Part shown: piece after piece, positions 1 to 8,148 of the stretch
Layout of the letters: each line of letters begins with the position of its first letter
Numbering within the stretch: position 1 is the first letter of the stretch
Assembly: GCA_049472335.1 (NCBI GenBank)
Contig: JBLIRO010000119.1
Location: 1 to 11,672, forward strand
Length of the DNA: 11,672 bases
Source: a bacterium
GTDB taxonomy: Bacteria > SZUA-182 > DTGQ01 > JAFGSM01
Reading direction: 5' to 3'
Notes under the pieces: generated by a model
What the model saw: the letters and a program-made list of their open reading frames with translations, nothing else
The model's database searches: none
Told to the model about the DNA's origin: nothing
Program-made: the position numbers and the translations under genes

Positions 1-63
1 TCCGTGTCCTCTGTATTCTCTGTGGAATAGAAATATTACCACAGAGGACATAGAGAGCACGGA
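1..63. repeat. Imperfect 25-bp inverted repeat (REP-like palindrome with 9-nt internal periodicity), possibly truncated by the window start
   Basis: Arms 1-25 (tccgtgtcctctgtattctctgtgg) and 39-63 (ccacagaggacatagagagcacgga) give 20 Watson-Crick pairs, 3 G-U pairs and 2 mismatches around a 13-nt loop. The right arm is acagaggac/atagagagc/acgga. Confidence 0.7.
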
Positions 64-349
64 GTATTTTAAAACATGAAATTTTGGACTGAAGCCACCT
101 GAATTCTTTCAAAAACAAGTCTGATTGTTTGAAAATCAAAATTTGTCCTGAACCTTGAAATTTTTAAAGTTCCATCCATTCTCTTAAATAATAAATATTA
201 AGGACAGATATGACTTCCATATAATTAAATCTAATTAAATCTAATTTCAACCCAGATTTTGGTTAAATATGGTTTTGTCTTATTCAACTAAATATTAAAC
301 ATAGAAAGTATTTTTGCCCTAGAGAATTGATGTTATAAGTTATTTTTAA

Positions 350-378
350 TTGAAATTAGCCGTTAACAGGTATATAAT
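350..378 (+). promoter_or_regulatory. Putative sigma-70 promoter upstream of the kinase/regulator pair
   Basis: TTGAAA (350-355), 17-nt spacer, TATAAT (373-378). The AT-rich context raises the chance of a random match. Confidence 0.5.
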
Positions 379-745
379 TTATTTTATCTCTTCTTCTTGA
401 CAAAACAAATCTCTTGTGATTATTAATTAAATAGCCTGTTTGAAATTTGATTTTCTCGTAAAAGGTCGAGTTTATGCAACGTCATAAATAAAAAAGCTTT
501 TTTCTATTTTATCATCTTAGAATAATAAATAATAGTTGGAATAGATATTAGAAAAGGGAATAATTATTTGGTCACTTTTTTACTATTATTTCTGCCTCTG
601 GACCTTTCATATTGTATTCTTCTGCCTGCAAAAAGCTCAGGTACCCAGTTCCGGCCGACAACTGAAGATAGGGCCGAAATGTTCGGCCAACGCCATATTC
701 GTTTTAAATATTGAATTTTATATGAGGTAAGGCAATAAAAAAATT

Positions 746-2317
746 ATGAGAGATTTAGAATTTAATAAAATGTTTACTCCCATGAATAATAAATTAAAGA
801 AGCCGGATATCCCTGATGATATGGAATTAAATCGCAAATGGATTTCAGATCTGATATCCGAATTCAGATATGCTGTGGAAGAAGATTTGGATATCTTTTT
901 CAGAAAAATATATGGAAGAAAAAAACAACTAAAGGTAATAACCAGTTGTACTTGCGCGTGGGAAAGCTGGACAGGATGTGATGGCAGGCTTATATGGGTG
1001 AATTCCACCGTAGAGAGTATGACCGGATATTCCCCAAACGAATGCATAAGCATGAAAGATTATCCCCTTCCTCTCATCATTCCCGAAGACCGGCACCGTA
1101 TGGCAGAGGTGTTTGAGTCCGCCTTAAGGCAGAATTCGGCTAATGATATGGAATTTCGGATAATGAAAAAGGACAGCTCTGTAATATGGACTGCTATTTC
1201 CCTGGAGCCCATTTACGATGATTCTGATAAATGGTTAGGTCTTTTAATAAGCGTGCGGGACATAAACGAAAGAAAAAAGGCTGAGGAGGCGCTGTGGAAA
1301 GAAAGGGACAAGGCACAGAAATATCTTGATATTGTTGGCGTCATGATTCTTACCCTGGATACCGATCAAAGGGTCACCCTTATCAATAAAAAGGGATGTG
1401 ATGTTTTAGGATACAATGAAGATGAGATCACAGGGAAAAACTGGTTCGATAATTTTCTCCCGGCTGACATAAAGCAGGACGTAAAAAGTGTTTATAACAG
1501 GTTAATTGCAGGTGAGATAGAACCTGTCGAATATTTTGAGAATCCGGTCATAACCCGGGACGGCAAAAAAAGAACGATCCTTTGGCATAATGCCATATTG
1601 AAGGATGATTCAAACCAGATTATCGGCGTTCTTAGTTCAGGGGCAGATATCACGGACCGTAAGAAATCTGAGGAAAAAATAATACAAACACTCCTGGAAA
1701 AGGAGATGCTTCTTCGGGAAATTCATCACCGTGTTAAAAATAACCTGCTCGTTTTATATGGCTTGATTAGTTTTCAACAGGAGAGGTTAACTGATAGAGG
1801 AATAATAAGTGAGATATTGGAGAGCACAAAGCAGAGGATTCAGGCTATGGGAAGGGTCCATCAAATGCTCTATCAGACAAAAAACTTATCAGAGATAGAC
1901 TTTTCTCAATATATCCGATCCATGGTTGAAGGACTGCTCAATACATATAATGTACCGGAAAAAAGTATAGAGGTGGCTTTTGACCTGGATCCGGTTATGT
2001 TGTACATTGAAGCTGCCGTGCCCTGTGGCCTGATCGTTAATGAGCTTCTCGTTAATGCCTGCAGGCATGCCTTTACGAATAAGCAATCAGGACAGATTAC
2101 CATCTCTTTGAAAGAAAGAGGAGATGTGAAGGAATTATGTGTCAGCGATAACGGAATCGGATTGTCATCTCCGCTCATATTCAATGAAGCGAAAACATTG
2201 GGTATGCGGTTGATTTCTATGCTGACGAAGCAATTAAAAGGGGAAATCTCATATAAAAAAGAGAAGGGTTCGGAATTTACCTTGATTTTTAAGACAACCC
2301 ATAAAAAGGGGGTATAG
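746..2317 (+). CDS. Cytoplasmic sensor histidine kinase, PAS-PAS-HisKA_2-HATPase
   Basis: Two PAS/PAC units ending in RDINERK and ADITDRK. HisKA_2/HWE-type H-box LLREIHHRVKNNL, N-box NELLVNACRHAF, G boxes DNGIG and TLGMRLI. No transmembrane segment. Start codon is uncertain. Confidence 0.93.
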   Translation: MRDLEFNKMFTPMNNKLKKPDIPDDMELNRKWISDLISEFRYAVEEDLDIFFRKIYGRKKQLKVITSCTCAWESWTGCDGRLIWVNSTVESMTGYSPNECISMKDYPLPLIIPEDRHRMAEVFESALRQNSANDMEFRIMKKDSSVIWTAISLEPIYDDSDKWLGLLISVRDINERKKAEEALWKERDKAQKYLDIVGVMILTLDTDQRVTLINKKGCDVLGYNEDEITGKNWFDNFLPADIKQDVKSVYNRLIAGEIEPVEYFENPVITRDGKKRTILWHNAILKDDSNQIIGVLSSGADITDRKKSEEKIIQTLLEKEMLLREIHHRVKNNLLVLYGLISFQQERLTDRGIISEILESTKQRIQAMGRVHQMLYQTKNLSEIDFSQYIRSMVEGLLNTYNVPEKSIEVAFDLDPVMLYIEAAVPCGLIVNELLVNACRHAFTNKQSGQITISLKERGDVKELCVSDNGIGLSSPLIFNEAKTLGMRLISMLTKQLKGEISYKKEKGSEFTLIFKTTHKKGV

Positions 2318-2671
2318 ATGCCAAAACGGATCGTTATTGCCGAGGATGAGTCTATTATTGCAGAGATGTATGCCAAGTTTATCAAGGAACTCGGGCATGA
2401 AGTCGTCGGGATAACGGACACAGCCTCTGAAACCATAGAAAAGGTATGTACCACTAAACCGGATATCGTATTTTTGGATATAAGCATGGACTATAAAACC
2501 GCGGGGATCGATGCCTGCCGGGCGATAAAACAGCAATGTCCGGAAATCAAGGCATATTTTGTGACCGCCTATGGAAAAGAGGTATATGAATCTGAACTGG
2601 AAGGGATTCTTTACGATGGATATATTGATAAGCTATATTTTTTGAAAGAATTAAAAAACATACTACACTAA
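2318..2671 (+). CDS. Single-domain (CheY-like) response regulator receiver protein
   Basis: IVIAEDE acidic pocket, phosphoacceptor in PDIVFLDI, Thr in FVTAY, Lys in YIDK. The ATG immediately follows the kinase TAG (tagatg), suggesting translational coupling. Confidence 0.92.
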   Translation: MPKRIVIAEDESIIAEMYAKFIKELGHEVVGITDTASETIEKVCTTKPDIVFLDISMDYKTAGIDACRAIKQQCPEIKAYFVTAYGKEVYESELEGILYDGYIDKLYFLKELKNILH

Positions 2672-2727
2672 CGCATGAAACCTAATTAATTTTAATACGA
2701 TATTATCTCGTTCAACCATATATCAGG

Positions 2728-2757
2728 CATCAGAAGGATTTAATCATCAGAAGGATT
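2728..2757. repeat. 13-bp direct repeat, 17-bp period
   Basis: catcagaaggatt at 2728-2740 and 2745-2757. Confidence 0.6.
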
Positions 2758-2780
2758 CAAGCCTTCAAGTCACTTTATTC

Positions 2781-2828
2781 AAAAAAAAGGTGCGAGGATT
2801 GTTTTAAATCAACCCTCGCACCTTTTTT
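2781..2828. terminator. Bidirectional rho-independent terminator between convergent genes
   Basis: A8-ggtgcgagg...cctcgcacc-T6 hairpin with an A-tract on the left and a T-tract on the right. It lies between the stops at 2671 (+) and 2860 (-). Confidence 0.88.
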
Positions 2829-2859
2829 GACTTTTTTAATCGTAAAACGAGTAAATCCA

Positions 2860-3675
2860 TTAACCCATGAATTTTTTCCTGTTGAGACCGGCTACACCAA
2901 CAAGGCCTAAGCCAAGCAGCAGGAGAGTGGCAGGCTCGGGAACCGGACCAACGGATTCAACCATAACTACAAAGTCGGTAAAATCCGGTTCGGTATCACC
3001 CCATTCAGGATAGCCGTCATTGATGCCGTTCTGGTCTCCCCAGTGCATAGAATGAAGGTCCTCAAAGGCAAGGATATGCTCATCTGTATCCCAAAGACCA
3101 GGAGCAAACGGCAGTATTTGAACGGTGTCAATACCTTTTCCCTGGTAAGCTACCATATGATCTTGCTGGTCAACGTTTAATGATGTATCGCTATACCAGA
3201 TACCTCCGGTCCATCCGGGATGACCGGCCCTGGAATCCACATAATAACCAAAGGCATTTTGAGAAAAGTCTATTCCGGAATCCATAAAGTTAACTATAAC
3301 GCTTCCATTAGCCAGGATGGACAATAACGCCTGAGAACCGGCAGTAGCCGCGCCATCAAAGACCTGAACCATTTTTGCCGGATTCGTCGCATCATAGATC
3401 CCGAACAGATTACTGTTTGCCCATGAAGCCAGCTCTATTACTATAGTATTGACAGACCCCCCTGATCCATGGATAGCCCAGTAAGAATCCATAGTGTCGG
3501 AAAGCGCATCCGTAAGCACGTTTGTGCTGCTGAAACCCGGATTCGGGCCAACGGTTATATTATCGAGCACTGCCTGGAGAGCGATCCCGCCGTCGCCAAA
3601 GGTTACAGCGGATGCCCTTCCACCTATCATTATCAGGGTCATGATTACTGCCAAACAAATAATAAATTTTCTCAT
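2860..3675 (-). CDS. PEP-CTERM sorting domain protein with DUF4114-like domain (exosortase substrate)
   Basis: C-terminus VPEPATLLLLGLGLVGVAGLNRKKFMG (PEP motif, TM helix, basic tail). AFEDL...DFTDFVVMV resembles DUF4114. Signal peptide MRKFIICLAVIMTLIMIGGRASA. Start moved to the ATG at 3675 because AAAGGAG lies about 8 nt upstream of it. Confidence 0.92.
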   Translation of the reverse strand: MRKFIICLAVIMTLIMIGGRASAVTFGDGGIALQAVLDNITVGPNPGFSSTNVLTDALSDTMDSYWAIHGSGGSVNTIVIELASWANSNLFGIYDATNPAKMVQVFDGAATAGSQALLSILANGSVIVNFMDSGIDFSQNAFGYYVDSRAGHPGWTGGIWYSDTSLNVDQQDHMVAYQGKGIDTVQILPFAPGLWDTDEHILAFEDLHSMHWGDQNGINDGYPEWGDTEPDFTDFVVMVESVGPVPEPATLLLLGLGLVGVAGLNRKKFMG

Positions 3676-3874
3676 TCCAAAATCTCCTTTCCTGTCCTCT
3701 TTCAATTTAAAATTTCAAAAACCATTAAATTTGTTGTAAGTTCGAAGAACCTTAATCAGGGATGAACCGAAATGCTTTAAGACTTTTTTTATCTTTCCGT
3801 CTTCCCTCCTTCCCTGATTTATTTATTTGCTGTTAATGTGGTTCACCCACAATTTTTTTATGTATTATGAATTA

Positions 3875-3891
3875 TGCAATTGAAATGCCAG
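3875..3891 (-). promoter_or_regulatory. Sigma-54 (RpoN) -24/-12 promoter of the PEP-CTERM gene
   Basis: The - strand reads CTGGCATTTCAATTGCA, i.e. TGGCA...TTGCA with exact GG-N10-GC spacing, about 200 nt upstream of the start. Confidence 0.82.
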
Positions 3892-3917
3892 ACATATCGC
3901 TTTCTATAACTTATTGA

Positions 3918-3930
3918 AATCAAAGTATTA
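3918..3930 (+). promoter_or_regulatory. IHF binding site between the sigma-54 promoter and the enhancers
   Basis: AATCAAAGTATTA matches the WATCAANNNNTTR consensus exactly and lies in the expected position. Confidence 0.65.
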
Positions 3931-3977
3931 TTGGCATTTGTGACCTTGTTTAGTGATCTTCAGTATATATAGAAAAT

Positions 3978-3994
3978 AGTAGCCTTTTGCTACA
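3978..3994. promoter_or_regulatory. Enhancer-binding-protein site 1 (TGTAG-N7-CTAC palindrome)
   Basis: AGTAGCCTTTTGCTACA (on - strand TGTAGCAAAAGGCTACT), a 17-bp palindrome one mismatch from TGT-N11-ACA. Confidence 0.65.
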
Positions 3995-4060
3995 GATTTG
4001 GTTTGTTCATTTATAATTGGTATAATTAGCTGAAAATAAAGGAAGAAATAAAAGATAGAA

Positions 4061-4077
4061 TGTAGCGAATCACTACA
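4061..4077. promoter_or_regulatory. Enhancer-binding-protein site 2 (TGTAG-N7-CTACA palindrome)
   Basis: TGTAGCGAATCACTACA is a perfect TGT-N11-ACA with the same half-sites as site 1. Confidence 0.7.
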
Positions 4078-4099
4078 CTTTTATTTCAGGAATTGATTT

Positions 4100-4936
4100 T
4101 TATTTTTCAGTATCCGGTTGAATGATTATATTATCAAAGTAAATATCCCGGGCGGGATAGTTGCTGTGGCTGCTCATTTGCAGGTAAAGATAGCCTGAAG
4201 AAAAATCGAGCCCGTGAGATTTGACTCCATAGAGATTTTTACCATTTTCGAATATCTCAAACCCCTTATCATCCATAAAAAGGTCTATCTTTTGATAGGA
4301 AATGAATCTGCCCTGCCCGTTTTTCGGCCAGCCTTCCGTGTATAAGTGTCTTATGCTGTTATTGATTTTGGTTGAGACTGCACAACGGGCATTTTCCCCT
4401 GGCGGAACACCTATATATTCCATTCGTAGCCAGTTTTCTTCATCCTGGGGATTTCCGGTTGTTATTGTGGGGCAGATATATATAGCCGCTGTCAAGTAAC
4501 AGCCGTTTGTCTGGTTGTTCCAATCCAGATCGACAGAGATCCTTTTATGTTTTGTAAGGTCTATTTTATAACGACATCTGACACCATGGTATTTTATGGT
4601 GTCGTCTCCGGTATTTATGGTATCCGCCCGGAGTCTCAGACGATAGTCCTTTTTTGTCCCGGAACCAGCATCCACGATGTCAATGGAACTTATTCTAAAG
4701 TCGCCTTTTCTTGTAATCTCCCATCTTTCATGACTCAGATTTGAGTCATTGAAATCATCGAAAAAATCTATCAATTCATGTTGTTTATCCAAAATGTCTG
4801 ATTCCGGGGATATAGGAAATGGTTTCTGGAAATTCCTGATACACCCTGGTATTAAAAAGTTACATCCCAAAAGAAAAAACCATATTAAGAATAAAAATAT
4901 TTTTATAAAAAAAATTGTATGCCGGCCTTTTGACAT
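4100..4936 (-). CDS. Hypothetical exported/lipoprotein, probable beta-sandwich (jelly-roll-like) fold
   Basis: 278-aa ORF with basic N-terminus, hydrophobic stretch and lipobox-like LLGC. FDDFND...W near the start and YFDNIII at the end are typical of ConA/LamG-like beta-sandwich termini (inference). Confidence 0.75.
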   Translation of the reverse strand: MSKGRHTIFFIKIFLFLIWFFLLGCNFLIPGCIRNFQKPFPISPESDILDKQHELIDFFDDFNDSNLSHERWEITRKGDFRISSIDIVDAGSGTKKDYRLRLRADTINTGDDTIKYHGVRCRYKIDLTKHKRISVDLDWNNQTNGCYLTAAIYICPTITTGNPQDEENWLRMEYIGVPPGENARCAVSTKINNSIRHLYTEGWPKNGQGRFISYQKIDLFMDDKGFEIFENGKNLYGVKSHGLDFSSGYLYLQMSSHSNYPARDIYFDNIIIQPDTEK

Positions 4937-4968
4937 AAAAATCCACCTGAAAAATTAACACAGATGAA

Positions 4969-5000
4969 CGGGAGGCTGCCTTATCTCAGGCAGCCTCCCG
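4969..5000 (-). terminator. Strong hairpin downstream of the FG-GAP gene (terminator or mRNA-stabilising stem)
   Basis: Perfect 13-bp stem cgggaggctgcct/aggcagcctcccg with a 6-nt loop, about 50 nt past the stop. The U-tract is weak. Confidence 0.6.
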
Positions 5001-5048
5001 CTATTGTGATTTATAAGACATCCGGCCTCCGAACGGGGCCGTCAAGTC

Positions 5049-7844
5049 TTATGGAAACCGGAAGTTGTTAAGGATTTTATTGTTAAAAAATGAAAATGAA
5101 GAGCTGGACATAAAATTAAATGATGAACTTATTTTCGGGGTATAGAGATTTTGACCCCAGTTCCAATTTTTGCCGAGGGAATTGCCAAAAGACCAATTAT
5201 TGTTTCCGCTAAAGGTCCAATTTTTATTTCCGTTAAAAAATGTTTGTTGATTGAATAAGCCGAAGGAAGAGAAATCGTTGAATGATTGAGCAAGCGGATT
5301 GGATGGCAGAAAGTTATTGACTGTGAATGACTTATTGGTTTTAGCCTGTTTGCTGGTGGTCAGATTGGTCAATTGATCAGAGTTTACAACAATAGAGATC
5401 GGGGCTTTATTGTTTTTGACTGAGATATTCGTGTTTACGACATTATTGACATTTACCGGGAGGTCAGAGAAAGTGCTTATAGCATGTGTCTGAGCCGCAG
5501 GTATATTGGTTATGCTTTGAGAAGTCTTGTATGAGTTTGAATTGTAATAAGAAGTCAGGTTATTGTATGTAATAGTGTTGTAGTATTTGCTGTTATAGTT
5601 CTTTTTCCCCTGGTCGTGCGGCACAATAACATTAACGGTAGCCCTGCTGCTATTTCCTGAAAAATCCGTACATTCAACCGTGATGGTATATATTCGCCCT
5701 GATTTATCATTACCGGATCTTTCAGCCCGGAGATTCACGGAAAGGTCACCTGTAATGATCCAATCCGGGGAAGTATCCCCATCACCTGTTCCATTGACCG
5801 GCTGGTTGCTAACGACAGATATAATCATACAAACCGGGGAAATATCACAGATATCCTCACATACACAAGTAACTGTTACAGGGACCATTTCATGGTTCGG
5901 GGGCCAGAGATTATTCGGCGAAGCCGTCAGGCTCTTAATGAGGGGCGGAGTAGTATCAACAATGGTAACAACCTGTGAACAGGATGATTGATTGCCGGAA
6001 AAGTCCTTGGCCGTCCAGGTTACAATGGTCTTACCCAGCGGAAAAACGGCGGGGGCATTATTCGTAACCATGGGATCACCATCACAATTATCTGTAACAT
6101 TCGGGCAACCCAGGTTAACCGGTGTGCCGTCCGAGCTTGTCTGCTCTGCTGTAATATCCGGCGGGCACACTATTATAGGCCGCGTAGTATCTATAACTGT
6201 AATGACAACAGTATCAGTGTCCGTATCCATACCGTCACTTACCGTTAAGGTGATAACGTTTACTCCGAGAGGAAGCGTAACAAAAGGTTTAACACCCGTA
6301 GCCGATTCATTTGCTGAGCCGTATGACCATGTCCATTCATAGGTCAGGGTATCTACGTCAGGGTCATAGGAGCCGGAGCCGTCCAAATAGATCCGGGCAA
6401 GGCAATTCTCGTTCGCGGAAATGGTTTTGTCAGGACCGGCATCCGCTACCGGGGGCGTATTGACATACGCGCCAAGGAGCAAATAAACTTCGCCGGCCTT
6501 GCTTTTCGCATCGATAATGGCTGCTGGTTTCCCGATGATGAGATCCAGTCCGGAATCATCATTAAGGTCCTCAGTAGCGGCAATTTGCCAGCCAAAACCA
6601 CCATTTATTGCGGAAGGTATGGGGCTGCCATCGATAACCTCGATAAGGAGTTCCCCCTTTCCATTTATGAGATATACAGCCCCACTCTTTGGCGCTGATA
6701 CCCACAAATCATCAAAGCCGTCCCTGTCCTTGTCATCCGTCCTGTCCACTGAGAAACCGAAGTAATCATTGCCTCCATCTGCAGGACTTTCGATTACGGG
6801 GACAGGAAGGGGGGCGCCATCAATGCCGCTGAATAGATAGAGCTTGCCGATACCGGGCTCGCCAATACAATAATCTTCTATACCATCATTGTTTTGGTCC
6901 CCGATGGCACGTGTTCCGGCCCCGAAGTGATCGTTCAGGGTCGGAACAGGGTTCTCATGTAAACGGAATATGATTCCGGTAGCGCCTGAAAGAATGAATG
7001 CCCGGCCTGCTGTCATATCTACACCGGTATCAGGATCGCAGTCAAACATGGGCGCTCCCACTAAGAGGTCATTGCGCCCGTCTCCTGTGACATCGCTGAG
7101 TGCTGCCATATATGTGCCAAATGATCCCTTTGCCTGTTCTTCCCCTGCACAGGGTTCCGGCTCGGAGGTACTCCATATCTGACTTCCATCCTCACCGGAA
7201 AATACGTATACCTTTCCCATAGAGTCAGCTTGGTTGTTAGGGGCACCAACCGCGATATCAGGCTTCCCGTCGCAATCAATATCCCCGATGGCTGCCAAAG
7301 CGCTGCCGAAGGCCCAGAAATCAAGGTCATCAGGAACAAGGGTGAGGAGGATATCATCTGTGTCAACGCCTGAAAATACAAAAACCTGTCCGCATTTCCT
7401 GTTAGGGCAAGTTGAACCGGGCTCCGGTGATGAATCAGGCCCTGGCGCGCCTACAGCGATGTCTTCATATCCGTCATCATTAAGGTCTCCTACGCTAGTA
7501 ACCGCATAGCCGAAGCGGTATCCGGAAATATCTCCAGGCAGCTCTATTGTTACTAAAAATGCGTGATCTTCACCTGAAAGCAGATAGACCTTATCCTCCC
7601 CTGGCGCCCCAACGATCAGATCTCTAATTCCATCGCCGTCAATGTCAGAAATCCCGTCTACTGACCACCCAAACAGATCATTTTTCTGAGGTGATGGATT
7701 TTGAATTTGTATGATGGTAGGCGCTGCAGCTGCCTGGACATCACCGGCACTGAGGCACATTCCAGCAAGACTCAGGAAGAAGATACCTGCAAAAAAAACA
7801 ATAAATCCCTTTTTACATAAAAGATGATGCCTTTTGCTAATCAT
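5049..7844 (-). CDS. Secreted FG-GAP (integrin-alpha-like beta-propeller) / PKD / HYR repeat protein with low-complexity C-terminal tail; putative adhesin
   Basis: Signal peptide. Seven Ca-binding DxDxDG-type loops (DIDGDG, DLNDDG, DIDCDG, DVTGDG, DQNNDG, DKDRDG, DLNDDS) with FG...GAP motifs. PKD-like PPVADAGPD...LDGSGSYDPD, HYR-like DTTRPIIVCP and DTTPPLI, and an LWPPNH...RAERSG...VPHDQ Ig-like module. SD AAGGAGG. Confidence 0.9.
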   Translation of the reverse strand: MISKRHHLLCKKGFIVFFAGIFFLSLAGMCLSAGDVQAAAAPTIIQIQNPSPQKNDLFGWSVDGISDIDGDGIRDLIVGAPGEDKVYLLSGEDHAFLVTIELPGDISGYRFGYAVTSVGDLNDDGYEDIAVGAPGPDSSPEPGSTCPNRKCGQVFVFSGVDTDDILLTLVPDDLDFWAFGSALAAIGDIDCDGKPDIAVGAPNNQADSMGKVYVFSGEDGSQIWSTSEPEPCAGEEQAKGSFGTYMAALSDVTGDGRNDLLVGAPMFDCDPDTGVDMTAGRAFILSGATGIIFRLHENPVPTLNDHFGAGTRAIGDQNNDGIEDYCIGEPGIGKLYLFSGIDGAPLPVPVIESPADGGNDYFGFSVDRTDDKDRDGFDDLWVSAPKSGAVYLINGKGELLIEVIDGSPIPSAINGGFGWQIAATEDLNDDSGLDLIIGKPAAIIDAKSKAGEVYLLLGAYVNTPPVADAGPDKTISANENCLARIYLDGSGSYDPDVDTLTYEWTWSYGSANESATGVKPFVTLPLGVNVITLTVSDGMDTDTDTVVITVIDTTRPIIVCPPDITAEQTSSDGTPVNLGCPNVTDNCDGDPMVTNNAPAVFPLGKTIVTWTAKDFSGNQSSCSQVVTIVDTTPPLIKSLTASPNNLWPPNHEMVPVTVTCVCEDICDISPVCMIISVVSNQPVNGTGDGDTSPDWIITGDLSVNLRAERSGNDKSGRIYTITVECTDFSGNSSRATVNVIVPHDQGKKNYNSKYYNTITYNNLTSYYNSNSYKTSQSITNIPAAQTHAISTFSDLPVNVNNVVNTNISVKNNKAPISIVVNSDQLTNLTTSKQAKTNKSFTVNNFLPSNPLAQSFNDFSSFGLFNQQTFFNGNKNWTFSGNNNWSFGNSLGKNWNWGQNLYTPKISSSFNFMSSSSFSFFNNKILNNFRFP

Positions 7845-8148
7845 AACTCCTCCTTTATTGATTTTTGACTTTATTAAATGAACTTATGAGATTTTCTTGC
7901 TGCCCGTAAACGCCTCCTTTCTTTAAATGTTTAAATAATAGGACAGCAACCTTTTATTTATTAAGATTATCACAAGAGGATCAAAGCTATAAAAAAAGAT
8001 ATATACCTTTTATACTGATTTCTGAATGAGCTTATACAAATAAAATAAACCTAATAAAAAGGTTTCAAAGTGCAATAAGTACCAAGCTGTTTTCTGGAAT
8101 CGTTATTATTCTTTAGGTGGAAAAACTTAGATGTTTAATACAATATAA

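Noticed and set aside
222..247. taattaaatc 10-bp tandem repeat (about 2.5 copies)
   Set aside because: Low-complexity AT-rich sequence, plausibly slippage or chance.
646..690. Hammerhead ribozyme (CTGAAGA...GAAA core)
   Set aside because: The 7 nt between CUGAAGA and GAAA (tagggcc) cannot form stem II, and no stem III/UH partner is present.
718..2536. - strand ORFs 718-1053, 1889-2086, 1906-2487 and 2249-2536
   Set aside because: Antisense to the well-supported kinase and regulator genes, with no motifs.
3676..3705. Track start of the PEP-CTERM ORF at 3705
   Set aside because: The extra 10 codons contain the SD for the ATG at 3675, which gives a clean signal peptide.
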